Of a DNA stretch of 30,187 bases, positions 1-7,905 are shown in pieces (the first letter of the stretch is position 1; every line of letters starts with the position of its first letter). The DNA comes from a virus (Duplodnaviria > Caudoviricetes): the IMG/VR virus record IMGVR_UViG_3300046786_000471, positions 1 to 30,187 of that record; one strand, given 5' to 3'. Under the pieces are notes generated by a model. It saw only the letters and a program-made list of their open reading frames with translations. It was not told the DNA's origin and did not search any database. Made by a program: the position numbers and the translations under genes.

Positions 1-588
1 TGGTTGGTATATTTTGTACAAACTTCCGTCGTTTTTAAAATAACCATAAACAAGAGAGTTAGTAATCTCTATTGTTTCCAATTCACCGTTCTCATCTGTT
101 CTTGTCATTTGATATGACTTTAACGGTCTAATGTTATATTTCTCTAATATTCTAGAATGTATTCCGTATTGTTGCCAATAAGAAGCATCTTTAGTTGTCC
201 AGGATCTAACATCATAAGAAGAAACCTGATACTTTGATTTTACTTTTACATTCTCTCCTTCATTAGTATGTTTCCCGTTGTGCTGTATGTAATGATTGTA
301 ATCTTTAAGTATTCTTGAACAAGCTTTAGGAAAATCCTCTCTATAAATCTCTTGTACAAGTTTAGTAGCATTACCACCCTTACCGGTAGAAAAATCTTTA
401 AAGAAGTAACCATTATCTCTTTTAGACATATAAACATACATGCTAGGGGTCTTATCATTATTATTAAACATAGACTTTATACGAATATCTTGACCAACAA
501 GAGGTTCGCTTATCTTACAATAATGTTGAAACACCCATGTATCAGGAACATCCTTTCGAGAAGTAGTAAGATGTTTTGTAGATAGCAT
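1..588 (-). CDS. dnaG: DNA primase (DnaG family, crAss-like type), N-terminal part; runs off the window edge
   Basis: Missing from the ORF track because it is truncated. Manual translation from ATG 588: MLSTKHLTTSRKDVPDTWVFQHY...KSMFNNNDKTPS...FKDFSTGKGGN...RSWTTKDASYWQQYGI...KIYQP. This is a degenerate CHC2-like region followed by motifs typical of crAss-like primases, and it sits in the replication block. Confidence 0.85.
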   Translation of the reverse strand, partial: MLSTKHLTTSRKDVPDTWVFQHYCKISEPLVGQDIRIKSMFNNNDKTPSMYVYMSKRDNGYFFKDFSTGKGGNATKLVQEIYREDFPKACSRILKDYNHYIQHNGKHTNEGENVKVKSKYQVSSYDVRSWTTKDASYWQQYGIHSRILEKYNIRPLKSYQMTRTDENGELETIEITNSLVYGYFKNDGSLYKIYQP

Positions 589-591
589 GAT

Positions 592-620
592 AAAAAGAGG
601 GGGTAGTTTCCTACCCCCTT
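592..620 (-). terminator. Intrinsic terminator-like hairpin between the putative SSB and primase
   Basis: Minus strand AAGGGGGTAG-GAAA-CTACCCCCTC-TTTTT, ending 3 nt before the primase ATG. Confidence 0.7.
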
Positions 621-643
621 AATTTTAGATGTTAATATGGACA

Positions 644-1357
644 CTAAATTTCAAATCCTGTAGGAGTCCAAGAACCACCACTACTGCTAGATGTACCATT
701 AGTTTTAGCAGTAGGTTCTGAACCTTTACCCCAACTATCTACAACTTTTTCTGCTTCTGTTGTAGAATCTTCAACGTGAATACTTGGATTAAACGTAGTG
801 ATTACAGATTCTAGTGATCCGAAATTAGGAGTAGTGATTGCTTTGTTATACTTAGGAAGATGCAAACTATAATCTTTCATACCATTTTCCTTCATGTACG
901 CATTACCAGCAATACACCATCTCAAGAATACTCCGTTTGAAAGAATACGAGATGCTTGTCTCACAAATCCTTGAATATCAGACGCTTGTATATCATCCAA
1001 ATCATTTCTTACACCCAAATTATCAGCAAGTGTAGCAATATCTCTCAAGATTTGACGGTCACGAGGAATATCATATCCTGTTTTTGTTGTCATATCCTTG
1101 TAAGAATACTGAGAAAACTTAACTCTACCCACTTGACCTTTAGCTCTACCGAGTTCAGGTTTATTATTGTCATACATAAATCCTTCAAACTCAGGTCCCA
1201 TATCTTCACCTTCAAGATTCATGACAAGAAAATAAGCGTCGGGGTTTGACTTCTGTTCTTGCAATACTATACTTGTAATTTTTGCTACTACATTACCAGG
1301 AGATAATGTTTTGGATGACTTACCTTTTGATGATTGGATGTCTTTTGTACTAAGCAT
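644..1357 (-). CDS. Putative single-stranded DNA-binding protein
   Basis: 237 aa with a beta-rich core and a flexible low-complexity C-tail ending FEI. It lies between the Sak4-like ATPase and primase, the usual SSB slot. Function is inferred from context. Confidence 0.5.
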   Translation of the reverse strand: MLSTKDIQSSKGKSSKTLSPGNVVAKITSIVLQEQKSNPDAYFLVMNLEGEDMGPEFEGFMYDNNKPELGRAKGQVGRVKFSQYSYKDMTTKTGYDIPRDRQILRDIATLADNLGVRNDLDDIQASDIQGFVRQASRILSNGVFLRWCIAGNAYMKENGMKDYSLHLPKYNKAITTPNFGSLESVITTFNPSIHVEDSTTEAEKVVDSWGKGSEPTAKTNGTSSSSGGSWTPTGFEI

Positions 1358-1382
1358 GGTTTAAACATTTAAATATTAATAA

Positions 1383-1598
1383 CTAGTTTTCATATGCAAT
1401 AATCGCATCTCTTACAAACTGAAGATTGTTTGGTATCTCATATGTACTAAACATTTCTTTCGGAGACTTACATGTATTCTCACTATTATTTTGAGTTTCA
1501 AACACATATCTAAGGTCACCGTCTTTGTTCTTCTTTACTTTACCAAACAAAACTATGGAATAAAGTCCTTCCAACGTCAACTTATCATCTACTAATTT
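1383..1598 (-). CDS. AAA_24/Sak4-like ATPase, exon 2 (71 aa, KLVDDKLTLEGLYSIVLFGK...KSPKEMF)
   Basis: In frame with exon 1 after removing 1599-2562, giving ...KAKTIG|KLVDDKLTLEG... Confidence 0.9.
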   Translation of the reverse strand, partial: KLVDDKLTLEGLYSIVLFGKVKKNKDGDLRYVFETQNNSENTCKSPKEMFSTYEIPNNLQFVRDAIIAYEN

Positions 1599-1640
1599 CT
1601 TTACTACCTTCCAATTTCTCAGAGGAATAGACTATATCTT

Positions 1641-2306
1641 CTATATTTTGTATTTCCATATCAGACCGCATGCAGATTTGGTTTTTCCTCTACATACATT
1701 TGCAATCTGACCTCTTCCACAATTATGCGCATTAGCAGCATGTTGTAAAGAAGGATATTCTTTAACAATTTCACCATTAGAATTAACTAAATAAACAGCT
1801 TTGTACCTTTTAGCTTTAGTTTCTTCTGATTGTTTCTTTCCTAGATTACACAATTTTATTTTTTCTTTAGTCTTTTCACTTAGTTTTTTCCCCAAGTGAG
1901 CTTTACTTATTTTATTTCTTGTTTCTTTACTTACCAATCTTCCTTTTAAAGAATCTGATGTTTTGATTCGAGATTCTAAAGACATAATTTGATTTTGATT
2001 ACCATCTCCACCATCTGTCATATTTGTAAGATTAAATCCCCAAGATTTAAGTTGTGCTATCCAATATTGTTCACTTTGTTTCCAACAATTGTGATTTAAA
2101 ACTATTTCTAGTTCTTCAATAATAGGTAGCATTCCTTTTAAAATAAGTCCTTTTATCCAAGCTTTTTTATAACTATTTGTACCATTGTATAAACTATCAC
2201 GAATGTGTTGATACATTCTAGTCGTTAAAGAATTTTTGGTTTTTCCTACATATCTAATTTCATTAGTTATAGGATCCGATAGAGTATATATTGTTATTTG
2301 TTTCAT
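1641..2306 (-). CDS. GIY-YIG homing endonuclease with NUMOD3-like repeats and a C-terminal NUMOD1-like HTH
   Basis: Motifs IYTL...RYVGKT...R..QH, EQYWI and NMTDGGDG, then repeats SKETRNKIS/SEKTKEKIK/SEETKAKR, then YPSLQHAA...IANVCRG...GLIWKY. ATG 2306 is preferred over TTG 2339. Confidence 0.92.
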   Translation of the reverse strand: MKQITIYTLSDPITNEIRYVGKTKNSLTTRMYQHIRDSLYNGTNSYKKAWIKGLILKGMLPIIEELEIVLNHNCWKQSEQYWIAQLKSWGFNLTNMTDGGDGNQNQIMSLESRIKTSDSLKGRLVSKETRNKISKAHLGKKLSEKTKEKIKLCNLGKKQSEETKAKRYKAVYLVNSNGEIVKEYPSLQHAANAHNCGRGQIANVCRGKTKSACGLIWKYKI

Positions 2307-2310
2307 AATA

Positions 2311-2325
2311 TAATATACAAAACTA
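2311..2325 (-). promoter_or_regulatory. Putative internal promoter for the intron endonuclease
   Basis: TAGTTTTG (TAnnTTTG, Bacteroidota -7 consensus) overlaps GTATATTA just upstream of ATG 2306. Confidence 0.4.
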
Positions 2326-2562
2326 TCGGTTAAATACAAAATCTAGTTCACCATTTCCCCTAAAGTTTTATTAACTTTAGAGTACTCCCCATCACAGGGA
2401 TAGTCGTTGAACTTTTTTCCTCAGCACCACCTGTAGGAAACTTAGCTGCTGATTACCCAATCTTCATTTCTTTTACTATACTACAATCATTACTGTTGTA
2501 GGGAGTGTATGAAGCTCTAAGGGTTTTCCAGTCAGTTAGATGAATACAGGCAAATTTTCTTT

Positions 2563-3030
2563 ACCAATTGTTTTAGCTTTCACCTTTCTCCTACCCTCTA
2601 AATCAGTCGCTTCTTCAGCGTGTGTAAGATAGAAAACCATTAAATCATCTCTCATCAGAATAGGAAGCTTTGCAATGTGAGCAAGAGCAGCACCCATCTG
2701 TGTAAACTTATCAAAACCCTTCTCAGTAGCGCGATTGAAGTATTCAAATGCACTCATGTATTGAAAATCATCTATAACAATGTTCTTAATCTCTTTGCGT
2801 TCATTGTTAATAATCTTTAGCACAGCTTCTATATCCTGTGGTTTGGATACACTAGCAAGATTACCCTTCTTAGTAGAAAGATCAAATGTTGGATAGAGCT
2901 TTTTCCAACCTTTAAACGGAAGTGGTTTGTTTGCTACGTTAATAATAAATGTTTCTTGTGGATTCAAACTTTCTATGGATGTGGATTTACCACAACCTGA
3001 TTCTGCAATAATTAATACACTTTGCGCCAT
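2563..3030 (-). CDS. AAA_24/Sak4-like ATPase, exon 1 (156 codons; spliced product 227 aa)
   Basis: Walker A AESGCGKS, Walker B IVIDD and LTH motif. The exon ends at the intron 5' splice site ATT GGT. Confidence 0.9.
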
Positions 3031-3031
3031 C

Positions 3032-3580
3032 TTAACTTTTTTTAATTAGTTCGTTTAACCATTTTTTGTTGCTCTGAGGTGTTTTCAAATGAATACACGC
3101 CCAGTCTCTAGCGGTGAGTTCTGATTCATGACAATCTTCTAGTTCTTTCTCTACTCTCTTTTCAGGAAGTAAGAAATCTTTTGTCATTACAGGTTTTACC
3201 ACCTCAATAAGTTCCGATAAAGGTACAAAATACGCTAATGTACTTGGGTCAGAAGGATTAGAATAATGTTCTTCATATTCTTCCTTGTAATGAGGATTGT
3301 TTGGAAGTTTGTAAAGTTTGTGTTCTGGACTAATCGGTATGTTATTACCGTCTGTTATTTCAATAAAAATGTCTTCGTTCCTCTTAAGTTCTGATGGAAA
3401 CATCCTAACCACTTTGTAATCTTTACCTTCTGGTTTCCAAGCAAATTTGATAGTAAAATAAGGAGAAAGATAACCATAATGTTTAAATGTAGATTCATGA
3501 GCTGGTTTTAACAGTGAAATAGCGCTGTTTCTTTCCATTTTTTCTTGTGTTTTTTGACCAATTTTTGCTGTACTGTACAT
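3032..3580 (-). CDS. Hypothetical replication-block protein
   Basis: 182-aa ORF packed tightly between the helicase and the ATPase. Confidence 0.75.
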   Translation of the reverse strand: MYSTAKIGQKTQEKMERNSAISLLKPAHESTFKHYGYLSPYFTIKFAWKPEGKDYKVVRMFPSELKRNEDIFIEITDGNNIPISPEHKLYKLPNNPHYKEEYEEHYSNPSDPSTLAYFVPLSELIEVVKPVMTKDFLLPEKRVEKELEDCHESELTARDWACIHLKTPQSNKKWLNELIKKS

Positions 3581-3590
3581 TGTTTAAGTT

Positions 3591-4526
3591 TTAACGTTCT
3601 GTAGGTGGTGCTTCAATTTCCTGAAGAATCAGTCTATTAAAATCACCTTTCATAAAACTAACAAGATTGCTTTCACCATGTCTGTTCTTCAAATGATGTA
3701 TAGCAATTATGTCAGGATCTGATATTACATATTTTTTCGGTCCGTAAAGTCTCAAGTTGTGTTTAGAAGGTCTGTTAATCCCTAATACAAGATCTGCGTG
3801 CTGGAGTAACGCATCACCACCATAGATATCAGAATCTATAAGGTAGTTACCAAATGTACCGGGTTTCAGACGGTCAACACTCTCACATTCTCTGTTAAGC
3901 TGTGTAAGTACAATGAATATGATCTTGAACCTTTTCATTTCCGTCATCATCTTTGAAAGATTGTGTAATGTTTCAAACACGTCTTTCTCTGATGCATCTT
4001 TCCTCACCAAAATAGAGTGGTCAATGGTTACAATCAAGGGTTTGTTAAACTCAATAAGAGCATCCTCTATGTCTTTCCTTAGTTGCTTTACAGAACCAGG
4101 TTGTTCATAGATGTAAATGTCCTTGTTTTTGTTATTCTTGATGTAATCCTTAACCAAATTGATTTCTTCTTCTGTGATTTCATCAAATACACTAGCTAAT
4201 TGCTTGGGTTTTAATCCCGTACTCTGTGAGAATTCACGTAAAGCAGTGTGTTTTGCTAACATCTCAAATTGAAAATCAAGAACAACAAAGTCTTGTTCAG
4301 GATTTAGACGGTGTGCATCACGTGTTATAAGATTAGACAACAGAGTTTTCCCCGACCCTGGTCTACCTCCTATAACAATGATGTTATTCCATTCTAACCC
4401 GTTCATGGTGCTTTCATTAAGCTTTTTCCAAGGGGTTTTAATAGAAAGTTCTTCACCCATCTTTCTCCTGTAGATGTACTCTAGAGCTTTGTTGTAAGCC
4501 TCACTTATATGTATTTTCCTGGACAT
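3591..4526 (-). CDS. dnaB: DnaB-like (SF4) replicative helicase, RecA-fold domain only
   Basis: Walker A GRPGSGKT plus FEM, IDH, LTQLNR, GDALLQHADLV and KNRHG. Confidence 0.92.
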   Translation of the reverse strand: MSRKIHISEAYNKALEYIYRRKMGEELSIKTPWKKLNESTMNGLEWNNIIVIGGRPGSGKTLLSNLITRDAHRLNPEQDFVVLDFQFEMLAKHTALREFSQSTGLKPKQLASVFDEITEEEINLVKDYIKNNKNKDIYIYEQPGSVKQLRKDIEDALIEFNKPLIVTIDHSILVRKDASEKDVFETLHNLSKMMTEMKRFKIIFIVLTQLNRECESVDRLKPGTFGNYLIDSDIYGGDALLQHADLVLGINRPSKHNLRLYGPKKYVISDPDIIAIHHLKNRHGESNLVSFMKGDFNRLILQEIEAPPTER

Positions 4527-4583
4527 ACTAGTCTGTAAAGATAAAACAAATCGTTGTTTAAAACACGTTTTTTCATCTTATAA

Positions 4584-4871
4584 TCATAAATAATCTTCAT
4601 TGAATTTATGCAGAAGATTCATCTCTTCTTCACTCAATTCTTCGTCTGTAATAGACGGTAATTTCTCATTATCAATTGATTCTGAACTAGTTATCGTTAT
4701 TTCATAAGCTTCATTATTAATGTTTCTACAGTAAAACGATCCTGTAGAAAATTCATGTTGTAATAATCCATTTACTAATTTTTGAAGTTTAGTTAACCCT
4801 TCTCTATTAGCATAAATATGTAACCCGTCTTCAAAGATTTTAGGGGTGTAAACTTGGACAATAGGAGTCAT
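4584..4871 (-). CDS. Hypothetical protein
   Basis: 95-aa acidic ORF within the operon. Confidence 0.65.
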   Translation of the reverse strand: MTPIVQVYTPKIFEDGLHIYANREGLTKLQKLVNGLLQHEFSTGSFYCRNINNEAYEITITSSESIDNEKLPSITDEELSEEEMNLLHKFNEDYL

Positions 4872-4873
4872 TG

Positions 4874-5446
4874 TTATAAAGTTTTATGAAAGTCATAATC
4901 ATTTTCAGAACTATCAGCACCATCTAGTATCATATCACAATAAGAAGCTAGCGCAGATGCGTTTACTCCTTTCTCATTCTTTAATATGAAATATCCAGAT
5001 GTCTTCATGTACATGTAAGCGTTTAAACTATACTCATTTACATATTTGTTAGTTGCTTTTAGTATAGTTTCCCAGTCATAATCGTAATTGTTAAAAAACC
5101 ATATGAACTTCTTTTCAAGTTCTTTTACTGGTGCTCTAGCAGGTTGATTTGATGGGAGAACACCTTTAGGAAATATCTCTCTATATTCTGCAACTCGTTC
5201 AAGATCAATGAGTTTGTTGTTTTTCTTAGATTTTTTATTATCAACAATATCAAAGTACTTGTCTATTATGTTATGTGCTTTATCCGATAGTTCATCGTTT
5301 ACCAAATAACCATGCTTTTCCAAAAAATCTACTTCTCTTGGAAAAGACATGTTCTGTGGAATAACGTTAAACTTCATGCACATTATGACATATAACCCAT
5401 TAGGAGTTATATTTTCATCACTCAAATCTTTAAACGTTTGTAGCAT
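4874..5446 (-). CDS. Hypothetical protein, possible replication initiator or helicase loader
   Basis: 190 aa with a possible N-terminal winged helix (LEKHGYL) and a C-terminal YREIFPKG...YMKTSGYFI helical domain, upstream of the helicase. Function inferred. Confidence 0.55.
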   Translation of the reverse strand: MLQTFKDLSDENITPNGLYVIMCMKFNVIPQNMSFPREVDFLEKHGYLVNDELSDKAHNIIDKYFDIVDNKKSKKNNKLIDLERVAEYREIFPKGVLPSNQPARAPVKELEKKFIWFFNNYDYDWETILKATNKYVNEYSLNAYMYMKTSGYFILKNEKGVNASALASYCDMILDGADSSENDYDFHKTL

Positions 5447-5903
5447 AATCTGTGTTTACTTGATTTATAATTTTAGTGTAATGATGAATAAATATTTCAT
5501 CAGTTTCAAGAAGTTCTTCAGCTTTTTTAGACAAATGTATGATTGTACTATGGTCTTTCTTTCCCATATAGTAAGCTATATCGGTTAATCGAAATCCTAA
5601 ATTACGAGCAATATGAGAGAATATACAACGAACATCACTATATTCTCTTATCCTACTTTTTACATGTAACGGATTAGGTGAACCTTCTTTAAACAAATGA
5701 GGTAGAGATTTTACAAAACATTCTTCTAAAGATGATAAGTCAGGAAGAATTACCACAGTATTTTCAAGTTTTAACTCTTCAAGGTCTCCTTCAACATGCA
5801 CCTTGATTTTCATACCAGTTTTTCTAAAAAACTCGTTAGTAAACGTCTGAATGAGGACAAACGCTTTATTATTGCGTTTATTTGGGGTTAAGCTATTTTT
5901 CAT
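5430..5903 (-). CDS. DnaA C-terminal (domain IV) HTH-like DNA-binding protein
   Basis: KSRIREYSDVR...LTDIAYYMGKKDHSTIIH matches the DnaA domain IV signature (SR...R...IG..FG.RDHSTV.H). Confidence 0.8.
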   Translation of the reverse strand: MKNSLTPNKRNNKAFVLIQTFTNEFFRKTGMKIKVHVEGDLEELKLENTVVILPDLSSLEECFVKSLPHLFKEGSPNPLHVKSRIREYSDVRCIFSHIARNLGFRLTDIAYYMGKKDHSTIIHLSKKAEELLETDEIFIHHYTKIINQVNTDYATNV

Positions 5904-5986
5904 AACAATTCTAAATAGGTTTTTTGATTATTAATCAGTATATTAATACTGTAGGAAACTGTTTTTAACTATATACCCTTTTAAAA

Positions 5987-6346
5987 ATGACTACAAAATC
6001 TCCAGATGTAGTGTCAAAAATAAAAGCATGGTTGTTCCCAACCGTTGTTACTGTGTTAACAAGCATGATACTTAAGGATTTAAGTGAGCTTAAAAATGAC
6101 GTAAAACAGTTGTTGGCGCAATCGAATATAGATAAAACAAAGATAGAATCTCTTGAGAAACAGATAGATATGCTGAATCAAAAGATGATGCTTTCTTCTA
6201 ACGAAACTGTAGGTACTCATCCATTTATACCACCAGTACCTAAAGATAATAAAGACGCATCATTATCATCTAGAGTGTACATAAATGATGATAAAAAGAA
6301 AAAACCAGTTTCTTACACTAAAAAAAGACCAAATGTCCAAGCTTAA
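5987..6346 (+). CDS. Putative holin-like membrane protein
   Basis: One N-terminal hydrophobic segment (AWLFPTVVTVLTSMIL) followed by a coiled coil. First gene of the lysis cassette. Confidence 0.5.
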   Translation: MTTKSPDVVSKIKAWLFPTVVTVLTSMILKDLSELKNDVKQLLAQSNIDKTKIESLEKQIDMLNQKMMLSSNETVGTHPFIPPVPKDNKDASLSSRVYINDDKKKKPVSYTKKRPNVQA

Positions 6347-6932
6347 TACAATAGTATTACTACTAATTTTAGTGATAGTTGGAGTTATTTTGTTTAATCT
6401 TAGTAAACTAAAACTTCAACAAAATCCTACAACTGTCAAATCAGACACTGTATGGATGCATAAAGACTCTACGATTTACAGTAAACCCCAGATTATAGAA
6501 TCTATCCCTATAATCATAGAATCTAAAGACACGCAGTATCTCCCAGATACAAACTACAATCGTCTAGTAGAACAATACAACCAACTGGTTAGATTACATC
6601 TAGATAAAAAAGTGTTTATAGACACACTAAAGATTGATAGTATAGGATATGTAAACGTAATTGATACAATTTCTTCTAATATGTTTTCTGGAAGAAGTTT
6701 TAATTACAATCTAAAATACCCTGTTGTTACCAAAACAGTAGTGCTACCTAATGTAACACAATTTTACATAGGTGGTGGTCTAACCGGTTTAGGTGCTACA
6801 ACTCAACTCAATGCTGGTTTTCTCTTAAAAGATAAAAAAGAAAGAATATACGGAGTTACAGCGGGTATTAACACAAGTGGTAAACTCTTGTATGGTGTTT
6901 CTTCTTATTGGAAAATCTCATTTAAAAAATAA
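6333..6932 (+). CDS. Putative spanin-like lysis protein
   Basis: N-terminal TM anchor (IVLLLILVIVGVILF), a beta/coil stalk and C-terminal amphipathic beta strands ending YWKISFKK, directly before the endolysin. Start at MSKLN (6333) preferred. Confidence 0.5.
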   Translation: MSKLNTIVLLLILVIVGVILFNLSKLKLQQNPTTVKSDTVWMHKDSTIYSKPQIIESIPIIIESKDTQYLPDTNYNRLVEQYNQLVRLHLDKKVFIDTLKIDSIGYVNVIDTISSNMFSGRSFNYNLKYPVVTKTVVLPNVTQFYIGGGLTGLGATTQLNAGFLLKDKKERIYGVTAGINTSGKLLYGVSSYWKISFKK

Positions 6933-6940
6933 ACTAGCAT

Positions 6941-7468
6941 ATGAAATTACCAAAAGCATACTCATGGTTGCAACTTGAAACTGGACCACGTCATCTTTTA
7001 AAAGCAGTAGAACTTTTCGGTATTGCTGAAGTAGTGGGTACAAAACACAACCCTGTCATACTAGGATGGGCAAAAGAAGTAGGTCTAGAGAAGACATATG
7101 TTTCTGATGAGATTCCTTGGTGTGGTTTGTTTGTAGCTACTTGTCTTAAGCGTGCAGATCGTGAACCTGTAGCAACTCCATTATGGGCACTTAGTTGGAA
7201 TAAGTGGGGTGTAGAAACTAAAGAACCTATGCTTGGAGACATCTTGACATTTACACGTCAAGGTGGAGGTCATGTAGGATTCTACGTTGGTGAAGATGCT
7301 ACAGCATATCATGTCCTGGGTGGTAACCAGGGTAATCAAGTAAGCATTGTGAGAATCGCTAAATTTAGATTATCACAAGCTAGGAGACCGCAATATAATT
7401 TACAACCTGTTAATGTACGCAAGGTTATTCTTGCTTCAACAGGAGTAGTTTCTACAAATGAAGCTTAA
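6941..7468 (+). CDS. Endolysin, TIGR02594/NlpC-P60(CHAP)-like peptidoglycan hydrolase
   Basis: DEIPWCGLFV (catalytic Cys), GGHVGF (His) and VLGGNQ. Confidence 0.88.
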   Translation: MKLPKAYSWLQLETGPRHLLKAVELFGIAEVVGTKHNPVILGWAKEVGLEKTYVSDEIPWCGLFVATCLKRADREPVATPLWALSWNKWGVETKEPMLGDILTFTRQGGGHVGFYVGEDATAYHVLGGNQGNQVSIVRIAKFRLSQARRPQYNLQPVNVRKVILASTGVVSTNEA

Positions 7469-7896
7469 TGAAAAAAAATAGAGCTTTTGTATTATACACA
7501 AATAATGGAAAAATCGTTCCAGGTAGTCTCGTTGTTGGAAACAGTTTTCCAAAAATAAAGGGTATCTGGTATGAAATTGACCCTACATCATGTTGTGTAA
7601 TTACTCCTTTCTCTTCCTTTTCATTAAAGAAAGCGTTTGTAAAATACGACAATAATGGTGAAATTGTTTCGGGTAGCCTTGTTTTAACTAGTAGACTTCC
7701 GAAATATGGAAAATGGTTACAAATACCAACAGATTTGTGTTGCATTTCCAATGCAGATAATTTTTATTATTTGAATGATGGTGCTGGTGATTTTATAGAA
7801 GATGGTCAATCTAATTATATAAACATAGGAGATCAACCTACTGCTTCAACTATTGATTTTCAACTTTTGGATTTTGTAAATGATGACTTTATTTAA
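7468..7896 (+). CDS. Putative virion protein with two tandem ~48-aa repeats
   Basis: Two copies of AFV.Y.NNG.IV.GSLV....PK..G.W..I....CC. Confidence 0.65.
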   Translation: MKKNRAFVLYTNNGKIVPGSLVVGNSFPKIKGIWYEIDPTSCCVITPFSSFSLKKAFVKYDNNGEIVSGSLVLTSRLPKYGKWLQIPTDLCCISNADNFYYLNDGAGDFIEDGQSNYINIGDQPTASTIDFQLLDFVNDDFI

Positions 7897-7905
7897 TTTT
7901 GAATT

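Larger units (their letters stand above)
1599..2562 (-). mobile_element. Group I intron (964 nt, probably subgroup IA2) with a homing endonuclease ORF in loop L8
   Basis: P1 is GGU/AAA-GAAAA-UUUGCC with a U.G pair at the 5' splice site, and the omega-G is at 1599. P10 pairs AAUUU with exon-2 AAAUU. Core motifs are Q AAUCAGCAG, R GUUCAACGACUA and S AAGAUAUAGUCU (P7 GACUA/UAGUC). Two hairpins lie between P7 and P3' (P7.1/P7.2). P8 CUAGAUUUUGUAUUU/AAAUACAAAAUAUAG encloses the ORF. Confidence 0.93.

Noticed and set aside
246-585. ORFs 246..458(-) and 352..585(+)
   Set aside because: They are shadow frames over the primase, which is in another minus-strand frame (588 to the window edge).
2536-2562. 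C-terminal KENLPVFI of the 164-aa ORF; apparent truncation or pseudogene of the ATPase
   Set aside because: This is read-through into the intron 5' end. The gene is intact after splicing.
5904-5986. Replication origin with DnaA boxes next to the DnaA-C gene
   Set aside because: The gap is AT-rich with short palindromes, but I saw no TTATCCACA-like boxes or iterons. It is better explained as a divergent promoter gap.
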